A stretch of DNA of 64,000 nucleotides from an uncultured Gammaproteobacteria bacterium (GCA_963752875.1 CAVWAH010000011.1:121761-185760), one strand, 5' to 3'. Counted from the first letter of the stretch, positions 1-9,462 are shown. Notes: a model not told the origin generated them from the sequence alone. Made by a program: numbers and translations.

Positions 1-1982
1 TAGAACCCGTCTTCCACGTGGCAGCCTTCGCAGTTGTTCAGGTGTCCAGGATAGACAAAGTCGAACGTGTGCGCTGTGCCACCAGAAGGGAAGCGGAAGC
101 CACAGGCCTCATACGGTTCCTTCGTGAAGTCGGCTGCGTGCAGGGCATGAATCATGACCTTCATATCGATAGTGTTGTCGTCAGCGGTACCGAGATCAGT
201 AATGCAAGGTTCGCCACGTCGATTGATGTCCGTGGCGTTCGGCGCGTGGCACGTTACGCAGACTTCAATGCTGTCCGTGCGGTTATTGCCATGCATCGAC
301 AGTTGCTGATGACAGTCTTGGCACTTTTCGATCGCTACAGCATTGCGACGAGGTGTCGCCGTGCCGGCGCCGATCTTCGCGTAGGCGACGATGTTGGTCA
401 CAGCGATTCTCTCAATCGAACCACCAATATCGACGGCTGGATGTCCGTCCATCGTGACAGCAAGCGAATCACCGGCATTGGACGGAACCTGGACAGGCGA
501 GGTCACGCGGAACACACCGCCACCAACCGGTTGCGGATTGCCGCCGCTGCACGGTATGGCGCTTATTGAGATGCCAAGTCCGGGGTTAGTGCCAGTACCG
601 TTGTTGTGATAATCCGCCGTATCCCATGCGATTCCTACTGCAAGTCTTGCAGGACCACAATTGGTCCATTCAGGTGCGGTCAGGAGATCCCAAGGAACGC
701 CCGTGACCGGGTTGTTAACGCGGTAGTCGATAACCGGGTTGTCACCTACGTCGGTGTCTGTGATCGAAACGATTTCGAACTCAAACGCTCTTGCCGCGAT
801 CACTTCAGGAATCTCGTGCACAACCTCGACGGCGTATTGTCCGTTGAACGCCGAGGCATTCTCGCCATGGCAAACGACGCAGTCCGTGTCATCGAAGAAA
901 GTGAAGCCGCCGGGGTGCAGTGTTGCCGGATCGTTCTCGGAACCATCCCAGTCGATCCAGTCATGGCAGGCGCCGCAGGAGTCGCGATTCTGAACCGTGC
1001 GCCAGTTGCTGGCTTGCGGCAAGGAGGCGTCGGATTCCTGGTGGCAGGTCAAGCAGTTTCGAACATCCTGCGGGAATATGACGTTCGAGTAGTCATGCGT
1101 GGTGTTGTTATGCCCGACAATGAAGTAACCCTCGTCGAGGTTTATGCCGTAGTGGATCTTGTGGATCATTCGTTTCATGTCTACGGTGCCGCCCCAGGCC
1201 TCGTTGACCGTGTCGCCGTCAATGGAGTACGGGTTGTGGCAGGTCACGCAGTATTCGATATCGAAACGTGCATCCCCATGGAACTCGAGATTGTCGTGGC
1301 AGGCATTACAGGTCGCGTTGTTCGCGATGAGACGTGTATCGATCGGTGCTCCGCCTGCCGGGACAAAGTCGTACGGCGCGTTATTGGCAGGAATCGCAAC
1401 ACCAAGCACGTATACCGTCCGAATCTCGATACCCAGGCGATGTGTCTTGGTGCTGTCAAAGGCCGGACCGGCAGGGTAGGCCGTCAGGTCCTGCGCGAAC
1501 GTGTAGGTGTAGCTGCCGTCGCCGTTGTCCGTGAACGTTCCGGCGGCGCCGGACTCGGTGCTGGCCTGAGCATCAACAATGCCGGCACTGTCGCGAGTGA
1601 TGTAGGACTGCCATTCGCTGGATCCGCCATCCTGACCATTCGTCAACTGCGCCAGCGTGAAGCTGATCGTATTGGCGGGGAGGTCCCTGAGGCCGAAACC
1701 AAGGCCATCAGTCAGGACCATCGTTACAACAGGGGCGCCGCCGCCGGCCGGAACAGCAACGTTCTGGATCTCGACATTGATCTTCTCAGCTGACGTAACC
1801 GGAATCGCAGGACCTGTTGAGGTCCCCGGAGGTCCCGATGGGCCTGGTGTGCCGGGAGTTCCGTTTGAACCCGCAGGACCGGCAGGTCCGGCAGGCCCGG
1901 TTGAGCTATCGCATGCAAAGAGCAGGGCGCTGGCGAGCAGCAGTCCGGCCAATCGTGTATTGCGGCTGAATGATCGTCTCAT
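1..1982 (-). CDS. OmcA/MtrC-family multiheme (decaheme-type) c-type cytochrome lipoprotein; 3' end lies beyond window start
   Basis: Absent from the supplied ORF track because it has no stop in the window. Hand translation of the minus strand from ATG at 1982 gives MRRSFSRNTRLAGLLLASALLFAC/DSS (signal plus lipobox), then 9 G-X-Y triplets and a beta-rich segment. Heme motifs follow as CNACH, CVTCH, CLTCH, CGACH, CVVCH, a second non-heme segment, then CQDCH, CVTCH, CEGCH. Codon phase was checked at 1298 and 20, both in frame with 1982, and no stops were met. The five-heme / spacer domain / five-heme layout is that of OmcA/MtrC. Confidence 0.8.
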   Translation of the reverse strand, partial: MRRSFSRNTRLAGLLLASALLFACDSSTGPAGPAGPAGSNGTPGTPGPSGPPGTSTGPAIPVTSAEKINVEIQNVAVPAGGGAPVVTMVLTDGLGFGLRDLPANTISFTLAQLTNGQDGGSSEWQSYITRDSAGIVDAQASTESGAAGTFTDNGDGSYTYTFAQDLTAYPAGPAFDSTKTHRLGIEIRTVYVLGVAIPANNAPYDFVPAGGAPIDTRLIANNATCNACHDNLEFHGDARFDIEYCVTCHNPYSIDGDTVNEAWGGTVDMKRMIHKIHYGINLDEGYFIVGHNNTTHDYSNVIFPQDVRNCLTCHQESDASLPQASNWRTVQNRDSCGACHDWIDWDGSENDPATLHPGGFTFFDDTDCVVCHGENASAFNGQYAVEVVHEIPEVIAARAFEFEIVSITDTDVGDNPVIDYRVNNPVTGVPWDLLTAPEWTNCGPARLAVGIAWDTADYHNNGTGTNPGLGISISAIPCSGGNPQPVGGGVFRVTSPVQVPSNAGDSLAVTMDGHPAVDIGGSIERIAVTNIVAYAKIGAGTATPRRNAVAIEKCQDCHQQLSMHGNNRTDSIEVCVTCHAPNATDINRRGEPCITDLGTADDNTIDMKVMIHALHAADFTKEPYEACGFRFPSGGTAHTFDFVYPGHLNNCEGCHVEDGF

Positions 1983-2237
1983 GGTCATTCCCCTTAATGT
2001 TATTAGTGCCTGAACTAATGGAGTTGAATGGTGTGGTTCGAAACAGTTTTGCCTGAAACTTTTGTTTCCCGTTCATTGCGCATTCAGGAACGGTGGTTCT
2101 TAATGAACTTGTATGATGATTAGACCCAATCTTGAATCGCGAAATGTACCTATGGATTATCGGAATGTCGCGTGCAGACTTATATTACGATGTATGTACA
2201 ATAATTGCGGGTCCGACCGGGCCAATAGGAGAATGCA

Positions 2238-2846
2238 GTGAAACGCCAATTTATCTTTGTTTTTTCAGTACTTATGCTGGGTCTGCCCGGTATTGCCAGC
2301 GCTGACGTCAAGGCGATGATGCAAGATTGCAACGGCTGCCACGGCGACAACGGGGTCAGCCAATCGAGCGACGTTCCGACGATCGCTGGTCTGGCCGAGT
2401 TTGTCCACATCGATGCGCTCTTTATTTACCAGGATGAGGCACGTCCCTGCGCTGAATCGAAATATCGGCAAGGCGACACCAGTCGCGCAGCAACAACGAT
2501 GTGTGCGGTTGCCGCCGAGCTTGGCGAGGATGATATCGAAGCGCTCGCAGCGGCTTACGCCGCGCTGCCCTATGTCAAAGCCACTCAGGACTTTGATGCC
2601 GCTCTGGCCGCTACTGGCAAGGGCCTGCACGACGACCAATGCGATCGCTGCCATTCCGAAGCCGGCACGCTTGCTGACGACGAAGCCGGGATGCTGGGTG
2701 GCCAGCAGATGGGTTATCTGCGGAACATGTTCGCCCAATACATGGACGGCTCCCGTGAACAGCCGAAGAAAATGAAAGAGAAAATGGACGCGTTGTCCGC
2801 AGACGACGTAGAAGCACTGGTTCACTACTACGGTAGTGTGCAATGA
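2238..2846 (+). CDS. periplasmic diheme class-I cytochrome c (c4-like)
   Basis: GTG start 5 nt after AGGAGA. Signal peptide MKRQFIFVFSVLMLGLPGIASA. Two CXXCH motifs (CNGCH, CDRCH), one in each of two similar halves. Confidence 0.8.
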   Translation: MKRQFIFVFSVLMLGLPGIASADVKAMMQDCNGCHGDNGVSQSSDVPTIAGLAEFVHIDALFIYQDEARPCAESKYRQGDTSRAATTMCAVAAELGEDDIEALAAAYAALPYVKATQDFDAALAATGKGLHDDQCDRCHSEAGTLADDEAGMLGGQQMGYLRNMFAQYMDGSREQPKKMKEKMDALSADDVEALVHYYGSVQ

Positions 2847-3217
2847 GTCAGCCTGATGCCGCCGGTAGTGATACCGGCGGCATGTTTGCCGCGATAGATG
2901 CGAAAGATGGCGCGGCATTCGTTTCCTACCTGACCGAAGATTCCGTATTCCGTTTCGGCTCTGCACTTCCCGTGCAGGGCCGTGATGCTATTCAGGCTGC
3001 CGTTGATGGCTTCTTCGGGACGATCCTGGGCTCTGCGCATGAAATCGCCAATACGTTTCAGTGCGACGATACGGTTATCTGTGAAGGTGAGGTGACCTAT
3101 CACCGGCACGACGACTCAAAGGTCACATTGCCATTCACGGATGTCCTCGAGTACAGCGGTGATCTGATCTCCCACTACAAGATCTACATCGACATCGGTC
3201 CGTTGTACGCCGAGTAG
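2843..3217 (+). CDS. SnoaL/NTF2-like fold protein (function unknown)
   Basis: 124 aa. ATGA overlap with the upstream cytochrome gene. Size and pattern are typical of SnoaL-like/NTF2 family domains. No signal peptide is visible. Confidence 0.55.
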   Translation: MSQPDAAGSDTGGMFAAIDAKDGAAFVSYLTEDSVFRFGSALPVQGRDAIQAAVDGFFGTILGSAHEIANTFQCDDTVICEGEVTYHRHDDSKVTLPFTDVLEYSGDLISHYKIYIDIGPLYAE

Positions 3218-3324
3218 TGCTTCCTGAATAGAACGAGAGACCCCTCTCGGAAATCCCTGATAGCGAACAAGCGCTTATTGGCTTACTAAGACGCAAAGCG
3301 TCAGGTATCAGGGACTCAAAAACA

Positions 3325-6126
3325 ATGACACAGCCCACACGGCTTACTCGTATTTTATTGGCAGCTGCGGCGATCCTGTGGTTCGCGGGAAGCCCGGCTC
3401 TGGCCCAGGAAGATGAAAGGTGCCTGAAGTGTCACGACGATCCTGAGCTGACCAGCTACCGTGGAGACACGGAAATATCGGCCTATGTTACGGCTGCGAT
3501 GATCGCGGGATCTGTGCACTCCGGCGAGGCGTGCGTGGACTGCCACGGTGATCTCGCTGGAAGCAAACGCCGCAGGCACGCCGAAGACCTGGAGCCCGTC
3601 GAATGTGGCGAGTGCCACAGACGCCAGGCCAGAGCGCATGGCAACAGCCTGCACGGTGCCGCAGCTGCCGAGGGCGATCCAATGGCCCCGACCTGTGGCG
3701 ACTGCCACGGCAAGCACGACGTCCTGTCGTCCTCCAGCGCCAACGCGACAACCGCGGTGATGAATATCCCGGTGCTTTGCGGAAACTGCCACCGCGAGGG
3801 CGCTCCGGTATCGCGAACTCATGAGATTTCGCAGGAGAACATCCTCGAGAATTACTCGATGAGTATTCACGGTGAAGGTCTGTTCTCGCAGGGCCTCACC
3901 GTCACGGCTGTTTGCACCTCTTGCCACACCGCACATGACATCCTGCCGCATACCGATCCGAAATCGAGTATCCACGCCGACAATGTCGGCGAGACATGTA
4001 CCGCATGTCACGGCCTGATCGAAAACGTGCACCGCAAGGTCATCGAGGGCCATTTGTGGGCGGAAGATCCGGGCAAGATCCCTGCCTGTGTCGACTGCCA
4101 CGCCCCGCACAAGATTCGTAACGTATTTTACCCGGACGGCCTGGCCGACAAGGATTGCCTGAGCTGCCACAGTCAGCCTGACCTGTCGATGGAACGTGGT
4201 GGCAACACCATCAGCCTGTACGTCGATGAAGAAGCCTACGAAAACTCGAAGCATACAGACACTTCTTGTGCCCAATGCCACACGGACGTGACCGTCGCCG
4301 AAGAACGTGCGTGTTCAACAATACAGACGCAGGTAGATTGCAGTATTTGCCATGCTGAGCAGGTGTTGGAGTACGGCGGCAGTACACACGGAACCCTACA
4401 TGCCGAAGAAGATCCGGATGCGCCTTCCTGTCAGGATTGTCACGCCAAGCACGCGACACTTGGCCAGGATTCGCCGGCGTCGCCGACCTATGCGCTCAAT
4501 GTTCCGACGCTCTGTGGAGACTGTCATCGCGTGGGCGAGCAGGCCGCCGGCCGGATAGAGGCGAAGGTCGGTGACATAGTCGGCAGCTATGAGGATAGCG
4601 TGCACGGCCGCGGATTGATTGAGAGCGGTCTTGTTGTAACAGCGACTTGCGCCGATTGCCACGGGGCACATAACGAACTTCCGCCGGACAGCCCGAACTC
4701 CAACATTAACCCGAATAATATCGCGGGTACCTGTGGTCAATGCCATCATGGCATTGAGGAGCAGTTCCGGGAGAGCGTTCACTGGACGGACGATCCGGTC
4801 GCTGATGAAAACAAACCCACCTGCGAAGACTGTCATTCCTCGCACACCATCATGCGTACCGAACAGATTGGATTCCGCGACCTGATGATGGAACAGTGTG
4901 GCCGTTGTCATGAGGACGAGACGGAGACATTTTTCGATACATTCCACGGCAAGGTTTCGCGCCTGGGTGGTGAGGGCGTCGCCAAGTGTTACGACTGCCA
5001 TGGAACTCACGGCATCGTTGCGCCAACGGATCCCAATTCGACGCTCAGTAGGGATAATGTCGTCGAGACCTGTGGGCAGTGCCACGAGGGCTCTCACCGG
5101 CAATTCGCGGGCTACCTGACACACGCGACGCATCACGATCGCGAAAAATACCCTTGGTTGTTCTGGTCGTTCTGGGGCATGACTGCGTTGCTGGTCGGTA
5201 CACTGTCATTTGCCTTGCTGCACTCGTTCGCCTGGGTGATCCGACTCGTGCTGAATCGTGAAGAGTGGCGAGCACACAAGGCGTTGAGCCAGAGCAGAGA
5301 CCAGAAATTCTATCGCCGTTTCAGCCGACTCCAACGCACCATGCATATCATAATGATGCTCAGCTTCTTCACGCTGGCGTTGACAGGCATGGCGTTGAAA
5401 TTCTCATACATGCCCTGGGCACAGGCGGTTTCCAATTTCCTGGGCGGATTTGACAGCATGGGCTTCCAGCACCGCGTTGGAGCGTTCGGCCTGCTGATTG
5501 TTTTCATTCTGCATACCTACGACATTGTCAGCTATAAGCGAAAGACGAAGCAGACCATGTGGCAGATCATTAACGGACCGGACTCGATTATTTTCAATGG
5601 CCGTGATCTCAAGGAGTTCATCCAGTCGATCAAGTGGTTCTTTGGCATGGGCGAGCGTCCCAACTACGGCCGCTACACCTACTGGGAGAAGTTCGATTAC
5701 TTCGCGGTCGGCTGGGGTATCATCATCATCGGTACGACCGGACTCGTACTCTGGTTCCCCGAAATCTTCACACGTATTGTGCCGGGCTGGGCAGTGAATG
5801 TGGCTACGATCATTCACAGTGACGAAGCGCTGCTTGCAGTGGGTTTCATCTTCTCGATTCACTTCTTTAACACCCACTTCCGGCCCGACAAGTTCCCGAT
5901 GGATCCCGTGATATTTACTGGGCGTTTGTCTGTCGATGAGCTGAAATACGACAAGCCTGGCGAATACGAAGAGCAGGTGGAATCCGGTGAGCTGGAGAAT
6001 AACCTCGTCAGAGCGTTCCCAAGGTTCAAAGACAAGGGCGTGAGGATATTTGGCATGCTGGCGCTGACCTTCGGTCTGGTGGTGCTGGGCCTGATTGTGT
6101 ACTCGATGCTGTTCGGCTACCGTTGA
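3325..6126 (+). CDS. 19-heme c-type cytochrome fused to a C-terminal b-type cytochrome membrane domain (CbcL-like architecture)
   Basis: Signal peptide ...AGSPALAQE. 19 CXXCH motifs counted in residues ~33-590. The C-terminal ~330 aa form multiple TM helices with conserved His (RTMHIIMM, FQHRVGA, FILHTYD, TIIHSDEA, SIHFFNTHF), as in FdnI/HydC-type diheme cytochrome b. Confidence 0.85.
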   Translation: MTQPTRLTRILLAAAAILWFAGSPALAQEDERCLKCHDDPELTSYRGDTEISAYVTAAMIAGSVHSGEACVDCHGDLAGSKRRRHAEDLEPVECGECHRRQARAHGNSLHGAAAAEGDPMAPTCGDCHGKHDVLSSSSANATTAVMNIPVLCGNCHREGAPVSRTHEISQENILENYSMSIHGEGLFSQGLTVTAVCTSCHTAHDILPHTDPKSSIHADNVGETCTACHGLIENVHRKVIEGHLWAEDPGKIPACVDCHAPHKIRNVFYPDGLADKDCLSCHSQPDLSMERGGNTISLYVDEEAYENSKHTDTSCAQCHTDVTVAEERACSTIQTQVDCSICHAEQVLEYGGSTHGTLHAEEDPDAPSCQDCHAKHATLGQDSPASPTYALNVPTLCGDCHRVGEQAAGRIEAKVGDIVGSYEDSVHGRGLIESGLVVTATCADCHGAHNELPPDSPNSNINPNNIAGTCGQCHHGIEEQFRESVHWTDDPVADENKPTCEDCHSSHTIMRTEQIGFRDLMMEQCGRCHEDETETFFDTFHGKVSRLGGEGVAKCYDCHGTHGIVAPTDPNSTLSRDNVVETCGQCHEGSHRQFAGYLTHATHHDREKYPWLFWSFWGMTALLVGTLSFALLHSFAWVIRLVLNREEWRAHKALSQSRDQKFYRRFSRLQRTMHIIMMLSFFTLALTGMALKFSYMPWAQAVSNFLGGFDSMGFQHRVGAFGLLIVFILHTYDIVSYKRKTKQTMWQIINGPDSIIFNGRDLKEFIQSIKWFFGMGERPNYGRYTYWEKFDYFAVGWGIIIIGTTGLVLWFPEIFTRIVPGWAVNVATIIHSDEALLAVGFIFSIHFFNTHFRPDKFPMDPVIFTGRLSVDELKYDKPGEYEEQVESGELENNLVRAFPRFKDKGVRIFGMLALTFGLVVLGLIVYSMLFGYR

Positions 6127-6183
6127 TCGCTGGTACCGGGTAGAGTTGGGTTTGTTGGATAGCGACCCCGGCTGCATGCCCAT

Positions 6184-7566
6184 GTGGCCAGGGTCTTTCA
6201 TCTTTGGCGTATTGGGGCAGGGCTTATGTTGGATTTAACCGGTCACTGGGTCGGCGCTACCGCCCTCCTGATATTTGTCCTGGCTTACCTGCTGGTCATC
6301 GTCGAGGAATTCACGCACCTCAGAAAGTCCAAGCCGGTAATCCTTGCTGCCGGCCTGATCTGGGCAATCATCGCCTATCAGTACGCTACTGCGTCCATTT
6401 CACATGCGACGGAGGAGGCCGTCCGACATTTCCTGACGGAGTTTGCCGAGCTGTTCCTCTTCCTGCTCACAGCGATGACCTACGTCAATGCGATGAGTGA
6501 GCGTCGCGTGTTCGCGGCGCTCCGGTCGTGGCTCGTAAACCATGAATTCAGCTACCGACAACTATTCTGGATTACCGGCATCCTCGCCTTTTTCCTCTCG
6601 CCCATAATTGACAACCTCACGACAGCACTGGTGATGTGTGCGGTATTGCTCGCAGTGGGAAAAGAGAGCCCGAAATTCGTCAGTATTGGTTGTGTCAATA
6701 TCGTCGTCGCGGCCAACGCAGGCGGAGCATTCAGTCCATTTGGGGACATCACGACATTGATGGTCTGGCAAAAGGGGACATTGGAATTCCAGACGTTCTT
6801 CGCACTGTTTGTTCCGTCAGTCGTCAACTACCTGGTGCCGGCAGTCGTCATGTCTTTGGCGGTGCCTAAAGCAAGCCCACAGGCGGAGACTGAGGTTGTC
6901 GAAATGCAGCGCGGTGCCAAGAGAATGATGTTTCTCTTCGGATGCACGATTGCAACGGCGGTCAGTTTTCACAACTTCCTTCACCTCCCACCATTTCTCG
7001 GCATGATGACGGGACTCGCCTATCTTCAGATCTTCGGCTACTACCTGCGAATCACACACACTGCTGAAATGGAAAATGGACCGATTCGTGGCCGACATGG
7101 AGAGATCACTGCGTTTGACAGCTTTCGAGAAATCGCGCGCGCCGAATGGGACACGCTGTTGTTCTTCTTCGGTGTGATCATGTGCGTTGGTGGCCTTGGG
7201 TTCATCGGCTACCTGGATCAATTGTCCGTTTACGCCTATTCGGAACTCGGCGCGACGGTTGCCAACATACTGGTTGGTATCGCATCCGCGATCGTGGACA
7301 ACATTCCGGTCATGGTAGCGGTACTGCAGATGTACCCCGAAATGGATGTTGCGCAATGGTTGCTGGTTACGCTAACAGCTGGCGTCGGCGGCAGCCTGCT
7401 TTCTATCGGTTCAGCCGCAGGTGTTGCCCTGATGGGTCAGGCGCGAGGTCAATACACCTTCTTTTCTCATCTGAAGTGGACGCCGGCGATTGCCGCCGGC
7501 TTCGCACTGAGTATCTGGGTGCATTTCCTGGTCAACAGCCATTACATCGGGGTGGCCCCGACGTAG
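6184..7566 (+). CDS. nhaD: Na+/H+ antiporter, NhaD/ArsB-type permease
   Basis: 460-aa polytopic membrane protein with the NhaD family pattern. The track start is GTG 6184; an in-frame ATG at 6226 (MLDLTGHW...) is an equally plausible start. Confidence 0.7.
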   Translation: MARVFHLWRIGAGLMLDLTGHWVGATALLIFVLAYLLVIVEEFTHLRKSKPVILAAGLIWAIIAYQYATASISHATEEAVRHFLTEFAELFLFLLTAMTYVNAMSERRVFAALRSWLVNHEFSYRQLFWITGILAFFLSPIIDNLTTALVMCAVLLAVGKESPKFVSIGCVNIVVAANAGGAFSPFGDITTLMVWQKGTLEFQTFFALFVPSVVNYLVPAVVMSLAVPKASPQAETEVVEMQRGAKRMMFLFGCTIATAVSFHNFLHLPPFLGMMTGLAYLQIFGYYLRITHTAEMENGPIRGRHGEITAFDSFREIARAEWDTLLFFFGVIMCVGGLGFIGYLDQLSVYAYSELGATVANILVGIASAIVDNIPVMVAVLQMYPEMDVAQWLLVTLTAGVGGSLLSIGSAAGVALMGQARGQYTFFSHLKWTPAIAAGFALSIWVHFLVNSHYIGVAPT

Positions 7567-7568
7567 GC

Positions 7569-7588
7569 CAGGCACCTTGCTGTGCCTG
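7569..7588. terminator. 7-bp stem hairpin between convergent genes
   Basis: caggcac (7569-7575), loop cttgct, gtgcctg (7582-7588). It fills the 24-nt gap between the nhaD stop and the stop of the minus-strand cytochrome gene. There is no room for a U-tract. Confidence 0.35.
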
Positions 7589-7590
7589 AC

Positions 7591-9462
7591 CTAGGTGTCT
7601 TCTTCGGGAGTCTCCTGATAGACAACCTCACCGCGTTCCTCTGCCCTTGAGAAAGGCGGCTTGCCGGTAAACCAGGTCGTATCCATCGGGTAGACCGCCG
7701 GGTCGAGCATAACGGAGTAGAAATGCCAGATGAGGATTGCAAGCGTCGCCAGGATTGCCTCGAGGAAATGCAGGACGGTAGCCGCCTCAGGAACCCATCC
7801 CGGGAGCCATGTCAGTGTAAGGTTCTCGAACCACAACACTAGTCCCGTCACCGCTGTGACGAACGTGCCCCACAACGCGGCCCAGTATTCGACCTTCTCA
7901 ACGTAGCCGACGCGCACCGGGGCCGGCGGATCGGAACGCAGCCCCAGGTTGTAGCTGGTCCGGTGGACAAACTCACTGAAATCGGCGGTCTTCGGCAGGA
8001 ACGATGCCATCTGACCCCGTGCGCGCGCGCTGATGGCGAGATGGCCGAAATGAATCAGGCAGGCTCCCATGAGACCCACTGCGGCGATACGGTGGACCAG
8101 ACCGCGAAACTCGTTGTCCCCGAACTGCAGTAATACAGCCCACCAGCTTTCCGGGTACTTCAATGCAAATCCCGTGTATACGAGCACGAAGAAACTGACG
8201 GCGGCCAAGGCGTGCACAAGCCGGAATGGTCGAGACATGCGTTCCTTGATCGAGCTTTGCTCGGGAGCCCGGCGCCGCCACAACGAATAGGTGCGCGTCT
8301 TTTTGACCAGGTCGAGCAGGTTGTGCAGCAGCATGCCGATGACGGTGACCCAAATCAGGGGAATGTAGATTTTCCTGATCCAGTAGGCGACGACGTTGGA
8401 GGTCTCGTCGGCAATCGTGTGTACAGGACCGATCGCAAACCGGGTTCCCGCTCCGGCATGGCATTGTCCGCAGGTCTCTGCCAGGTTATCTGTGTGGGTG
8501 TGTGAATCGGGGTCGGTCGACGGCAGAATGTTGTGCACGCCGTGGCAGCTTGCGCAATTGGCGACACGCTGTGAACCGCCGCGTGCGGCCAGTCCGTGGA
8601 AGCTCTCGCCATAGGACGGAACCTGGTCCACAGGCAGGCCGTATTTTTCGCTGAGCTTGAGGTCTGAGTGGCAGGGACCGCAAACCTGGATCGGGACGTT
8701 GCTGGCCGAAACGGGCGATCCTGGAGCCGCGATCGCTAAAATCCGATGCTCGCCATGACAATCTGTGCACACCGGTGATTCGTATACGCCGGCGGCCGCT
8801 GCCATCCCGTGAATGCTGCGACCGAACTGCCTGGTGATCTTACGGTGGCAATCCCCGCACGTGTCAGGCACGTTCATGCGATGAATAGAGGAGGTCGGGT
8901 CAGAGGCGGGCAACGGCGAGTGGGCCGAATGGCAGTCGCTGCAACCGGGTCCCGGATCATGATCGTGAACGGCTTGCGCGTGCACGCTGGCCGTGTAGGC
9001 CGCGATCGGGCGAATAGTCGCCACGTTTCGATCCGCCGGCGGTTCCTTACCATGACATGCGCCGCAAGTTTCACCTTGGGATAATGAAGAAACCGGGGAT
9101 GACTCATCGGTGTACGACGTCATGGTGTGGGTTTCGCCATGGCAATCCGCACAGGTCGGCAATATCGGGTCAGGGAATTTCTGCGGGCCGAGCTCGCCGT
9201 GCGCGCTAGTGGATTGCTCCTCGACTACATCATCGTGGCAGGATCCGCAGTCGACGGGATCGAGTCCGCGCCTGTGCCGGCGCTGGTCGGCACCGACATG
9301 GCAGTCGAGGCATTCCGTCGTGCCGTGGACCGTAAGCTCGAATTGCGCGAGGTCGGTTTCGTGGCAATCGAGGCAGGGATTTACCTGTTCGGTGTCGCTC
9401 GCTTGTAATGTGAGCGGCATACAGGCAAGGAGAAGGGTGAAGCTGGCGATGAACTTGTGCAC
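7591..9462 (-). CDS. 11-heme c-type cytochrome fused to a C-terminal b-type cytochrome membrane domain (CbcL-like architecture)
   Basis: Signal peptide MHKFIASFTLLLACMPLTLQA. 11 CXXCH motifs. The C-terminal TM domain carries conserved His (RLVHALAA, LVHRIAA, CLIHFGH, TVLHFLEA, LIWHFYS) and aligns by eye with the C-terminal domain of the 3325-6126 protein. Confidence 0.85.
   Translation of the reverse strand: MHKFIASFTLLLACMPLTLQASDTEQVNPCLDCHETDLAQFELTVHGTTECLDCHVGADQRRHRRGLDPVDCGSCHDDVVEEQSTSAHGELGPQKFPDPILPTCADCHGETHTMTSYTDESSPVSSLSQGETCGACHGKEPPADRNVATIRPIAAYTASVHAQAVHDHDPGPGCSDCHSAHSPLPASDPTSSIHRMNVPDTCGDCHRKITRQFGRSIHGMAAAAGVYESPVCTDCHGEHRILAIAAPGSPVSASNVPIQVCGPCHSDLKLSEKYGLPVDQVPSYGESFHGLAARGGSQRVANCASCHGVHNILPSTDPDSHTHTDNLAETCGQCHAGAGTRFAIGPVHTIADETSNVVAYWIRKIYIPLIWVTVIGMLLHNLLDLVKKTRTYSLWRRRAPEQSSIKERMSRPFRLVHALAAVSFFVLVYTGFALKYPESWWAVLLQFGDNEFRGLVHRIAAVGLMGACLIHFGHLAISARARGQMASFLPKTADFSEFVHRTSYNLGLRSDPPAPVRVGYVEKVEYWAALWGTFVTAVTGLVLWFENLTLTWLPGWVPEAATVLHFLEAILATLAILIWHFYSVMLDPAVYPMDTTWFTGKPPFSRAEERGEVVYQETPEEDT

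Noticed and set aside
18-1793. Plus-strand ORFs of 183, 72, 395, 84, 106 and 66 aa, plus the 118-aa ORF at 1657-2013, at the window start
   Set aside because: They are antisense shadows of the minus-strand OmcA/MtrC-like gene. Their products are low-complexity R/V/G-rich with no motifs, whereas the minus frame gives a lipobox and eight CXXCH motifs with no stops.
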